Below, piece after piece: positions 43,000-54,282 of a stretch of 64,000 nucleotides of DNA. The stretch covers positions 46,559 to 110,558 of the forward strand of contig NIVC01003217.1 of the NCBI GenBank assembly GCA_002269645.1, read 5' to 3'. Position 1 is the stretch's first letter; the number at the start of each line of letters is the position of its first letter. A program made the translations under genes and the position numbers. This DNA is from Macrostomum lignano. Taxonomy: Eukaryota. The notes under the pieces were generated by a model. The model ran no database searches. It was given only the letters and a program-made list of their open reading frames with translations, and was not told the DNA's origin.

Positions 43000-44042
43000 T
43001 CACAATCTCACCTGTAGCTTAATCTCATGTCTGTGCTCATAATCTCACTTGTAGCTTAATCTCATGTCTGTGCTCATAATCTCACCTGTAGCTTAATCTC
43101 ATGTCTGTGCTCATAATCTCACCTGTAGCTTAATCTCATGTCTGTGCTCATAATCTCACCTGTAGCTTAATCTCATGTCTGTGCTAACAATCTCACCTGT
43201 AGTTTAATCTCATGTCTGTGCTCATAATCTCACCTGTAGCTTAATCTCATGTCTGTGCTCATAATCTCACCTTTAGCTTAATCTCATGTCTGTGCTAACA
43301 ATCTCACCTGTAGTTTAACCTCATGTCTGTGCTCACAATTTCACCTGTAGCTTAATCTCATGTCTGTGCTCACAATCTCATCTGTAGCTTAATGTCATGT
43401 CTGTGTTTACAATCCCACCTGTAGCTTAATCTCATGTCTGTGTTTACAATCTCACCTGTAGTTTAATATCATGTCTGTGTTTACAATCCCACCTGTAGCT
43501 TAGTCTCATGACTGTGCTTACAATCTCATCTGTAGCTTAATGTCATGTCTGTGTTTACAATCCCACCTGTAGCTTAATCTCATGTCTGTGTTTACAATCT
43601 CACCTGTAGTTTAATATCATGTCTGTGTTTACAATCCCACCTGTAGCTTAGTCTCATGTCTGTGCTCACAATCTCATCTGTAGCTTAATGTCATGTCTGT
43701 GTTTACAATCCCACCTGTAGCTTAATCTCATGTCTGTGTTTACAATCCCACCTGTAGCTTAATCTCATGTCTGTGTTTACAATCTCACCTGTAGCTTAGT
43801 CTCATGACTGTGCTTACAAACTCACCTGTAGCTTAGTCTCATGTCTGTGCTTACAATCTCATATGTAGGCTAATCTCATCTCTATATACTCACAATCTCA
43901 TATGTAGGCTAATCTCATCTCTATATACTCACAATCTCATATGTAGGCTAATCTCATCTCTATATACTCACAATCTCATATGTAGGCTAATCTCATCTCT
44001 ATATACTCACTATTTCACCTGTAGCCTAACCTCATCTCTATA
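43000..44042. repeat. 37-bp minisatellite (aatctcacctgtagcttaatctcatgtctgtgctcat)
   Basis: Direct repeats upstream of MRPL51. Confidence 0.95.
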
Positions 44043-44314
44043 TCAACTGTATAAAAGTTATGAAATAAAAAAGCATAATGCGCATTTAGCATGAAATTAG
44101 GAAATTCAACGAGTTTTATTTGAGTGAGTTTCGCTTTCTACAAAATGGTAAGATCAACATACTTATGCTCGTACTGTACTTTTCAATTTTCAGCATAAAT
44201 GATCTTACACAGGCTACTAAAAGTAAGTAATTCAAAACTAAGATTATTTTAACTAAAAAACAATGAACTTAACTAACAGTATCATGACGACTTGATTTAA
44301 GATTGTTGTGACGA

Positions 44315-44470
44315 TTCTAAAATTTGGGATTTCTGGGGCGATTTTCGAATTTTGGATTTTGAGGGCGATTTTCGAATTTGGGATCTTTCGGTCTCAAAGT
44401 TGGGATTTTTGGGCGATTCTTGAGGGGCTTCTTGAGAGGGGATTCTTGAGAGGATTTTTGAGGGGCGATA
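44315..44470. repeat. Short degenerate repeat (gggcgattttcgaattt / gggcgattcttgag)
   Basis: Related to the gggcgattctt arrays at 55320-58650. Confidence 0.7.
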
Positions 44471-44554
44471 CTTAATTTCTGTGTCTTCAACCAACCAAAC
44501 ACATCCCCAAAAGCGCAGCACACAACTGTCTGGGTAGCAGTGGGAGCCGGGAGC

Positions 44555-44836
44555 TCACTCAGACTTGTCATCCTCATCAAACAGCCGGCGGTACACAGAC
44601 TCCGGCAGAATCAGTCGCTGTTTATCTTTGAAATTAATAAACCATCTTTCTCTCCAACTTAGCGACTCCATTCTTTGCAATTCGGCTCTAGATTGGGCGG
44701 TTAAAAATCGATAACGGTCCTCTGACAGGTAGATGGCCGACCCACTTAAACCAAGCATTGTGGCGAGCGACAGAAACGGGTGCTGAACTGTGAACACGCG
44801 CGCCTCCCAGAAACATCGACGTAAAAATAGTAGCAT
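44555..44836 (-). CDS. Small single-TM protein (93 aa), family not recognised
   Basis: ATG-initiated, non-repetitive ORF with hydrophobic segment FLSLATMLGLSGSAIYL. Preceded by an acceptor (tactaattacag, exon start 44874) with an in-frame upstream stop. Confidence 0.55.
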   Translation of the reverse strand: MLLFLRRCFWEARVFTVQHPFLSLATMLGLSGSAIYLSEDRYRFLTAQSRAELQRMESLSWRERWFINFKDKQRLILPESVYRRLFDEDDKSE

Positions 44837-45049
44837 AGTAACCGGGGAATCTCAGGATTTGCACCGAGGAATACCTGTAATTAGTAAGGCAGTTTAATAA
44901 TTAATTAGGGATTAAAATCATTTCACGTTGGCTGCCCCGATCCAGTGTTTACGGTCAGTCATTCACCCCAATTATCCAGGGTCCATTTACACAACCACCT
45001 ACTAATCCACGGCCCGACAATCACCCCTAATTATATAGGTTGCGCAAAA

Positions 45050-45378
45050 ACCAACCCTGATTATCCAGGGCCCACCACCACCCCTTGATTATCCAGGGCT
45101 CACCAACCACTCCTGATTATCCAGGGCTCGCCAACCACCCCTAATTATCCAGGGCTCGCCAACCACCCCTAATTATCCAGGGCTCGCCAACCACCCCTAA
45201 TTATCCAGGGCTCGTTAACCACCCCTGATTATCTAGGGCTCGCCAACCACCCCTGATTATCTAGGGCTCGCCAACCACCCCAGATTATCTAGGGCTCACC
45301 AACCACCCCTGACTATCCAAGGCTCGCAAACCACCCCTGATTATCCAGGGCCCACCAACCACCAATAATTATCCAGGG
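45050..45378. repeat. 28-bp minisatellite (ccacccctaattatccagggctcgccaa)
   Basis: Lies inside the predicted intron 45403-44875. Confidence 0.9.
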
Positions 45379-45403
45379 GTCGTCACAAGCTCACGCAACT
45401 AAC

Positions 45404-45634
45404 CTAATCACGCTTAGGCGTTTCAGCAACTGTGCTACTTTTGCTGCTGCTGCTATTGCTCGAATTTCCCGCGAATAATTCAAATCGCTTCGTCAACGAA
45501 CGGTCAAATTCTTCAATCCGTTGCTTGGAAGTCGGATGCACTATTTTGTCGTTGTGCTGCAACAGGTACCAGGAATAAAATGCCAAAGATATCCCACCAA
45601 GCACTGCAACGGATCCAAAGTATGCTGCTTTCAT
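45404..45634 (-). CDS. Small N-terminal-TM protein (76 aa), family not recognised
   Basis: ATG-initiated ORF MKAAYFGSVAVLGGISLAFYSWYLL. The stop codon is followed immediately by the donor-like GTTAGT. Confidence 0.55.
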   Translation of the reverse strand: MKAAYFGSVAVLGGISLAFYSWYLLQHNDKIVHPTSKQRIEEFDRSLTKRFELFAGNSSNSSSSKSSTVAETPKRD

Positions 45635-45709
45635 TTAATGCTTTCTGGTGTGCTATCTTTAATTTATACGCAGAAATGTTTCCACGCAAATATTTTATAA
45701 AACTCTCAA

Positions 45710-46036
45710 CTAAGATAGATGAGAGATCTCAATTGAGATAGATGAGAGATCTCTACTGAGATAGATGAGAGATCTCTACTGAGATAGATGAGAGATCTCT
45801 ACTGAGATAGATGAGAGATCTCAATTGAGATAGATGAGAGATCTCTACTGATATAGATGATAGATCTCTACTGAGATAGATGATAGATCTCTACTGAGAT
45901 AGATGATAGATCTCTACTGAGATAGATGAGAGATCTCAATTGAGATAGATGAGAGATCTCTACTGATATAGATGGGAATCTCTACGGAGATAGATGGGGG
46001 ATCTCTACTGAGATAGATAAGAGATCTCTACTGAGA
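45710..46036. repeat. 23-bp minisatellite (gagatagatgagagatctctact)
   Basis: Direct repeats. Confidence 0.92.
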
Positions 46037-46429
46037 ATTTAGAAATAGAACAGCACAAGAACAGGCATTAATGAACAGGGTAACAAAATATAATCCAACG
46101 GAGCCACCAATACTGGCAGTGTATTTCACTATTTAAAATTGAGTTTCACAACACTGCTCTAAAAGCACGTCTAAGAACTCGTTCTTTTCAAAAAAAACAA
46201 AAATAGTTTAAACATCGTCAGTAAGCGTTGCGGGCACTTTTAAACGGCAAAATTGAAATACAAGTAAGACTTCTGTTTTTTAAAAAATATGCTCAAAACA
46301 GTTCGAGAATCAGCTTGAAAGTTTTACTAATAAGGTCTGAAAATTCTGGCAAACATTTTTGGCATGGCTTGAAGTAACATAATAAGGCAAGAATTATGTG
46401 TAATTGTTACTCAAAGCTGGAATTTGTAG

Positions 46430-47212
46430 GTTTGGGAGTGTACATTGGGGTAAAGGGTTGGGGAGTGTACATTGGGGTAGGGGGTAAGGGTTAGGGAGTG
46501 TGCATTGGGGTAGGGGGTAAGGGTTGGGGAGTGTGCATTGGGGCAGGGGGTAAGGGTTAGGGAGTGTACATTGGGGCAGAGGGTAAGGGTTGGGAGTGTA
46601 CATTGGGGTAGGGGGTAAGGGTTGGGGAGTGTGCATTGGGGCAGGGGGTAAGGGTTGGGGAGTGTACATTGGGATAGGGGGTAAGGGTTGGGGAGTGTGC
46701 ATTGGGGCAGGGGATAAGGGTTGGGGAGTGTACATTGGGATAGGGGGTAAGGGTTGGGGAGTGTACATTGGGGCAGAGGGTAAGGGTTGGGAGTGTACAT
46801 TGGGGTACGGGGTAAGGGTTAGGGAGTGTGCATTGGGGCAGGGGGTAAGGGTTGGGGAGTGTACATTGGGATAGGGGGTAAGGGTTGGGGGGTGTGCATT
46901 GGGGCAGGGGGTAAGGGTTGGGGAGTGTACATTGGGGTAAGGGGTAAGGGTTGGGGAGTGTGCATTGGGGTAAGGGGTAAGGGTTTGGGAGTGTACATTG
47001 GGGTAGGGGGTAAGGGTTGGGGAGTGTACATTGGGGTAGGGGGTAAGGGTTGGGGAGTGTGCATTGGGGCAGGGGGTAAGGGTTGGGGAGTGTGCATTGG
47101 GGCAGGGGGTAAGGGTTAGGGAGTGTACATTGGGGCAGAGGGTAAGGGTTGGGGAGTGTACATTGGGACAGGGGGTAAGGGTTGGGGAGTGAATGGTAAG
47201 GGGGTAAGGGTT
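46430..47212. repeat. G-rich minisatellite (ggagtgtacattggggtagggggtaagggttgg)
   Basis: Direct repeats. Confidence 0.93.
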
Positions 47213-47889
47213 GAGGAGTCTGCAGTAGGCTTAGGTGTCGTAAATTTTCGTTTTTTAATCAGAATCTCTAAACCCGATAAAGGCGATATGAGTAAAAAAA
47301 AATTGTTACTTGCTAATTTTCTTGTAAATAGCAATTCACCAGAGCGTACAATAAACTTTTTTATTAATATCGGTGTTTGCCAGTGGCTTAAAACAATTAA
47401 TTAAATTAATTAAATTAATTAACTTAGTCACAATTTTAGACACCAACAGCTGCAAAAACTTTGTTTACTGAGTTGCATTCAGTGCATAAAACACCGCCTC
47501 GAAAAGTACTTTTATACCAAAGAATGACAGAAAAACTGCCGTTATAATGGGATAGGATAGTCAATAAATATCGCGGCAGAAAGCTGAAAAGTGAGAAAAA
47601 TAACATAAACCACAAATTTATTTAATTTCCTGAGTATCATAGATATTTAGTCAAGTGTTCGGGGTTCGGGCCTATTCATTCTTTTTGGTGTGAAATATTG
47701 TTTTTCCTAAAGTATTTAAAGTATAAAATATAAAGCGGCTGCGCTAGAAGGAAAATCTCATAAACCATAAATCAAGCAAAGCAACCGGTTAATTTTATTA
47801 GCAGGAATTAATTTCTATAATAAAATAAAACAATAAAAATATTTCTATAGTTTTCCAATAGTTGTTAAGAGTTCAATGCGAATATATAA

Positions 47890-48232
47890 TTGTACATTCT
47901 GGCGGGTGAAAAGCGAGGGACGGGGGAGAGAATGTACATTAGTGGGCTAGCTGGCGGACGGGGGAGAGAATGTACATTAGTCGGCTAGCTGGCGGACGGG
48001 GGAGAGAATGTACATTAGTCGGCTAGCTGGCGGACGGGGGAGAGAATGTACATTAGTCGTCTAGCTGGCGGACGGGGGGGAGATGTACATTAGCCGGCTA
48101 GCTGGGGGACGGGGGAGGGATAGTACTTTAGTCGGCTAGCTGGGGGACGGGAGAGAGTGTACATTAGTCAGCTAATTGGGGGACGGGAGAGTGTACATTA
48201 GTCGGCTAGCTGGAGGACGGGGAGCGAGTGTC
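47890..48232. repeat. ~38-bp minisatellite (gagaatgtacattagtcggctagctggcggacggggga)
   Basis: Direct repeats just downstream of the MPV17 stop codon. Confidence 0.88.
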
Positions 48233-48304
48233 CCTGATAGAAACATTTACGCCGTGATAGATAATCTATAAATAAAAAGCCTATTTGACGAATAACTTTG
48301 CCAT

Positions 48305-48671
48305 TTAGTTATCACGCTTCAAAGCCGACTGGTCATGATTAACGGCGGCCAAGCTGACTCCACTGGCTGTGGGCACAGATTTTATTAATTTCTTTTTAGC
48401 TGCTAGGCGCGGCCGGTGAGCCACCCAGGACAGGTAGGTGTTCCACACTATGGTGACGCAGTTCACCACAAGCAGCCTAGGTGGCAGAAATTAATATGCA
48501 TTTATTTAGCCTGGCATTTATTGAACATCATTTTATGTGAAAAGTCAATAAAAATCGTTTTAAAAATTTACCTTAAATGACTCGGTGCAAAGGTGAAGTT
48601 TAACACCTGAACTGCTGGCCACAACTGAAAGAAAGATAAATCAACACCTTGTAAAAAGAGACAGGAAGAAA

Positions 48672-48752
<81 letters not shown>

Positions 48753-48755
48753 TGC

Positions 48756-48792
<37 letters not shown>

Positions 48793-48795
48793 TGC

Positions 48796-48852
<57 letters not shown>

Positions 48853-51800
48853 TGCAGACATACCGCTGTCTGTGTGTTTAGCGGGACCAGAGTTTGGTTA
48901 ATGCATTAGGTGGACCACCTAGTTTCGCTATAAAACCGGTGTCTTTTGTCTCTACACGAAAAGTTAGCGTGGGTTGTCTTTCAGTTTAGCCTGCATATTA
49001 GCCATCTCGTGGAAACTGCATGTCACTTTCAACTGGGATAGCTGGACCAGCCCGGACCTGTTTTAGGTGGACCTTCAAAAAGACACCGTTTAGGTGGACC
49101 ATCATTTATTTAGCAGAGTACTGGGATTATTATCGACCCAGTACTGTTAAGCACGAGAAAAAACACTAAAAAGTCACGTGACGGAAGCCCCAAATACAAA
49201 ATATGTAATAAAGTGCAAATAATGCATTCAGTTCTACTTTGCTCCTCACTCAAGAACCGATCATCCTCATTAAAAACTAATGAATCAAATGCAACTAATT
49301 TTTAGGCCGAGAAAAATAGTTACAAGTGCAAATTAACGGCCAAGCAAAAGTTTAAATAGCAAAAATTCATATTTGTAGTGCACTAGAATAATGATAAATC
49401 TAAAGAAACACACTTAACGTCCCAATTATGTGCCAAAAAAGCAAGTAGATTGACGATGATAATTAATAAATACATTTGCCCAATAAATTTCACGTATTAC
49501 AATAGAACAACTTTCCACTCAATTTTTGAACAATAAAAAAAAATTTAACGGACGGACAAGACATGTTACGAAGGATAGCGGAATCATCTCACAGAAAGCC
49601 ACAAGCTGTCGCAGTCAATATCATCGTAAACAAACTATTGCGGTTGAGCAAAAAAAACTAGTCTTCATTTTGCCAGAGTTGCTTGCGTCACTCGTCTGCA
49701 TCAAAGCTGACTTGCCGTCTCCTGACTGGGCCTGTCAAATTTGACATTTATACGAGAATTCAGGATTGACAGTTTACAGCTGATATTCTACTGAGACTTT
49801 GAAACAGACTGGCATATTGGTGTCAGTATAGTCTGTAGGTCAGCTGGACCTCCTAAACTTGAATTCCACCCCATCTGTGAGGCTCCTAAACAGACTGGCT
49901 CAGTTGCGTCAGTACAGTCTGTAGGTTAGCTGGACCAGTTCAATTAGAATAGGATAAACCAAATCTGAACACTTTTGCAGAAAGCTCACCACAGTAGATT
50001 CAATCTCGTCTAATGACTGAACTGAGATGAGGCAACACGTCGGTCCACCAGACTGAACAGCGTCTCAGGTGCCTCAGCAAACTTTTTTGGGAGGTGTCCA
50101 GATGTGAGGTCTCAGCCTATAGTCGACTCAATGGCTCTTGGCCTTTGAAGTATTGGTCGACATCTTTCCAGAGTTGCTTGCGTCACTCGTCTGCATCAAT
50201 GCTGACTTGCCATCTCCAGACTGGGCCTGTCAAATTTGACATTTATACGAGAATTCAGGATTGAGAATTTACAACTGATATCCTACTGAGACTTTAAAAC
50301 AGACTGGCTCAGTTGCGTCAGTACAGTCTGTAGGTTAGCTGGACCTCCTGGACTTGAATTCTACCTCCTATTGGTGAGGCTCTAAAACAGACTGGCTCAG
50401 TTGCGTCAGTGCAGTCTGTAGGTTAGCTGGACCACCTAAACTTGAATTCCACCTTCCATCTGTGAGGCTCTTCAACAGACTGGCTCAGTTGCGACAGTGC
50501 AGTCTGTAGGTTAGCTGGACCACCTAAACTTGAATTCCACCTCCTATCTGTGAGGCTCTTAAACAGGCTGGATCAGTTGCGTCAGTACAGTCTGTAGGTT
50601 AGCTGGACCACCTAAACTTGAATTCCACCTTCCATCTGTGAGGCTCTTCAACAGACTGGCTTAGTTGCGTCAGTGCAGTCTGTAGGTTAGCTGGACCAGT
50701 TCAATTAGAATAGGATAAACCAAATCTGAACACTTTTGCAGCAAGCTCACCACAGTAGATTCAATCTCGTCCGATGACTGAAATGAGATGAGGCAACACG
50801 TCTGTCCATCAGACTGAACAGCGTCTCAGGTGCCTCAGCAAACTTTTTACAGGTGTCCAGACGTGAAATGTCAGCCTATAATCGATTCAATGGCTCTTGG
50901 CCTTTAAAGTCTTGGTTGATATCTTGCTGGAGTTGCTTGCGTCACTCGTCTGCATCAAAGCTGACTTGCCGTCTCCAAACTGGGCCTGTCAAATTTGGCA
51001 TTTATACGAGAATTCAGGATTGACAGTTTACCTTCTAAACTTGAATTTCACCTCCCATCTGTAAGGCTCTTAAACAGACTGGCTCAGTGGCGTCAGTACA
51101 GTCTGTAGGTTAGCTGGACCTCCTGGACTTGAATTCCACCTCCTATCTGTGAGGCTCTTAAACAGACTGGCTCAGTTGCGTCAGTGCAGTCTGTAGGTTA
51201 GCTGGACCAGTTCAATTACATGTAGAAAAGGATAAGCCAAATCTGAACAATTTTGCAGCAAGCTCACCACATCTGTCCACCGGACTGACCAGCGTCTCAG
51301 GTGCCTCAGCAAACTTTTTTGGGAGGTGTCCAGATGTGAGGTCTCAGCCTATAGTCGACTCAATGGCTCTTGGCCTTTGAAGTATTGGTCGACATCTTTC
51401 CAGAGTTGCTTGCGTCACTCGTCTGCATCAAAGCTGACTTGCCATCTCCAGACTGGGCCTGTCAAATTTGACATTTATACGAGAATTCAGGATTGAGAAT
51501 TTACAACTGATATCCTACTGAGACTTTGAAACAGACATGAACAGTGGCGTCAGTATAGTCTGTAGGTTAGCTGGACCTCCTAAACTTTGAATATCTGTGA
51601 GGCTCCTAAACAGACTGGCTCAGTTGCGTCAGTGCAGTCTGTAGGTTAGCTGGACCACCTAAACTTGAATTCCACCTCCATCTGTGAGGCTCTTAAACAG
51701 ACTGGATCAGTTGCGTCAGTGCAGTCTGTAGTTTAGCTGGACCAGCTAAACTTGAATTCCACCTCCATCTGTGAGGCTCCTAAACAGACTGGCTCAGTTG

Positions 51801-54033
51801 CGTCAGTGCAGTCTGTAGGTTAGCTGGACCAGTTCAATTAGAATAGGATAAGCCAAATCTGAACACTTTTGCAGAAAGCTCACCACAGTAGATTCAATCT
51901 CGTCCGATGACTGAACTGAGATGAGGCAACACGTCTGTCCATCAGACTGAACAGCGTCTCAGGTGCCTCAGCAAACTTTTTACAGGTGTCCAGACGTGAA
52001 ATGTCAGCCTATAATCGATTCAATGGCTCTTGGCCTTTTAAGTCTTGGCCGATATCTTGCTGGAGTTGCTTGCGTCACTCGTCTGCATCAAAGCTGACTT
52101 GCCGTCTCCAGACTGGGCCTGTCAAATTTGACATTTATACGAGAATTCAGGATTGACAGTTTACAACTGATACTTTGATTCGACTGAGACTTTGAAACAG
52201 ACTGGCATATTGGTGTCAGTACAGTCTGTCGGTTAGCTGGACCTCCTGGACTTGAATTCTACCTCCTATTGGTGAGGCTCTTAAACAGACTGGCTCAGTT
52301 GCATCAGTGCAGTCTGTAGGTTAGCTGGACCACCTAAACTTGAATTCCACCTCCCATCTGTGAGGCTCTTCAACAGACTGGCTCAGTTGCGTCAGTGCAG
52401 TCTGTAGGTTAGCTGGACCTCCTAAACTTGAATTCCACCTCCCATCTGTAAGGCTCTTAGACAGACTGGCTCAGTGGCGTCAGTACAGTCTGTAGGTTAG
52501 CTGGACCAGCTTTAGTTGTATGTGCACCGATTTGCTTACCTGGTAGATTTTGCTTTTTGGTCTGGCAGGAAAACATCTTTCTGAAATTTCGATTGAGTAG
52601 GTTCTTATTGAGGCTCTTTACTAACGTTTATCATTTTTTCGTCCTAAATAACACTTCGTTTTGGTACTTACTGCAATTTCAATGCAATTTTTCAAAAACG
52701 TCGTCGAAAACATTTTTCACTGGCTCCGAAGTATTGTTAGATCTAAAAGTCGTGTGTTGTTTTATTAGCTACGTAGTAATCCAAAGGCTTGGTTTTACTA
52801 GAGAATTAGAATGCGAGGAAGTCAATCTTTTAAATTGAATCTTTTCATTTTATGCTTACCTTAGGTATCCAGTCCACTTGATGTAACATCTGTTACTGTT
52901 GCACCTCTCCGGGACTCTGTGTTATTGGGATATCTCCTGCGAGACATTCGTGTCTTCTCGTGTATTGAATATTGACAGTTCAGTTGAATGTTTCAGTCTC
53001 TCCGAGAAATTAGGTGGTCCATGTAAGCCTGTTTTAGCTAGACCAAAGGTTTTCACTTTTATAGCTCTGCCCCTCTCTGACTCGTTTAGTCGACGGACTG
53101 TCTGTCCCTTGGACTGCTCCTATTGGCTGGCATTCCCAGTAGGGGTGGTCCGATTTTTACCACCTCTCCGAAATCAGTCCTTAACCAATGCAGCACTAGT
53201 CTGTGTGACTGTGTTGTGCGCTTCGAGTTTCGTTTACATGGACCTCAACAGACGATTTGATGTGCGTGCAACTGTGTTTAGTGGGACCCAGGCTAAACTA
53301 AAATAAAAAATATCAGACCTTCGCTTTGAGCTTGGTTTGGTGCTTCCCCACCCCTAAACAGGGCTTTGAGAGCAGAACCTTCTTCTCAAGGCCGAAACTC
53401 TCCACCAGGATTATTTCTTATTGTGGTTCGACACTTTTATAAATATCAAATATCAAAAGGAATCTAAAAGAAGGAAAGTCGATAGGCCTATAGGATACAA
53501 TATCCATTTAAACTACTATCAGCAGCTAACGTGATAAAGGAACCGTCATTCGAATATTTTTCGGGCACAAAACCGTGGGAAGGCTTTGAAGAAAGCTCAA
53601 CAAAGCCGTGTGTGCCTAATTTAAGATCACGGAAATTAAATATATTACTTTTTTGGCGTAAAAGATGTTGTAAAAAGGTAAATTGCCAACAGACTGAAAC
53701 AGACTGAAACAGACTGCAACAGACAAATTCAGAAATTTTAATTGACAATTTTTGTTTAGCTGGACCTTTCAGACCCGGTTTAGGTGGACATCGCAAAAAG
53801 TCCATGTAAACTGAAATGCATTTTTTTCTGAACATGAATGCCGATGAATGTTGCGCTTTGCGGCACTCATTCCTGACATCCATTGCTCTGTTTTGTGGTC
53901 CTTATAAACCACTCAACGTTGTCTGGAGCAAAGTTATTCGGTGGTCCACCTACGCTGTCCACCTAAACCGAAAGGTCCAGCTAATGCGGCAACTGAACCG
54001 ACGAAAGGTCCAAGTAAACACACAGACAGTAAC

Positions 54034-54076
<43 letters not shown>

Positions 54077-54107
54077 TGCAGACAGACAGACAGACAGACA
54101 GACACAC

Positions 54108-54200
<93 letters not shown>

Positions 54201-54231
54201 TGCAGACAGACAGACAGACAGACAGACACAC

Positions 54232-54282
<51 letters not shown>

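Noticed and set aside
42329-44836. In-frame fusion of smORF2 to MRPL51 as one protein
   Set aside because: The phase-2 donor at 44558 joined to either AG (42939 or 42936) enters a frame that stops after a few codons (NANPTY-stop), not the MRPL51 frame.
49173-49187. Perfect GTCACGTGAC (CLEAR/E-box) followed by GGAAG
   Set aside because: A single 10-bp palindrome inside an intronic repeat element, far from the lysosomal gene CTNS. Not enough to call a regulatory site.
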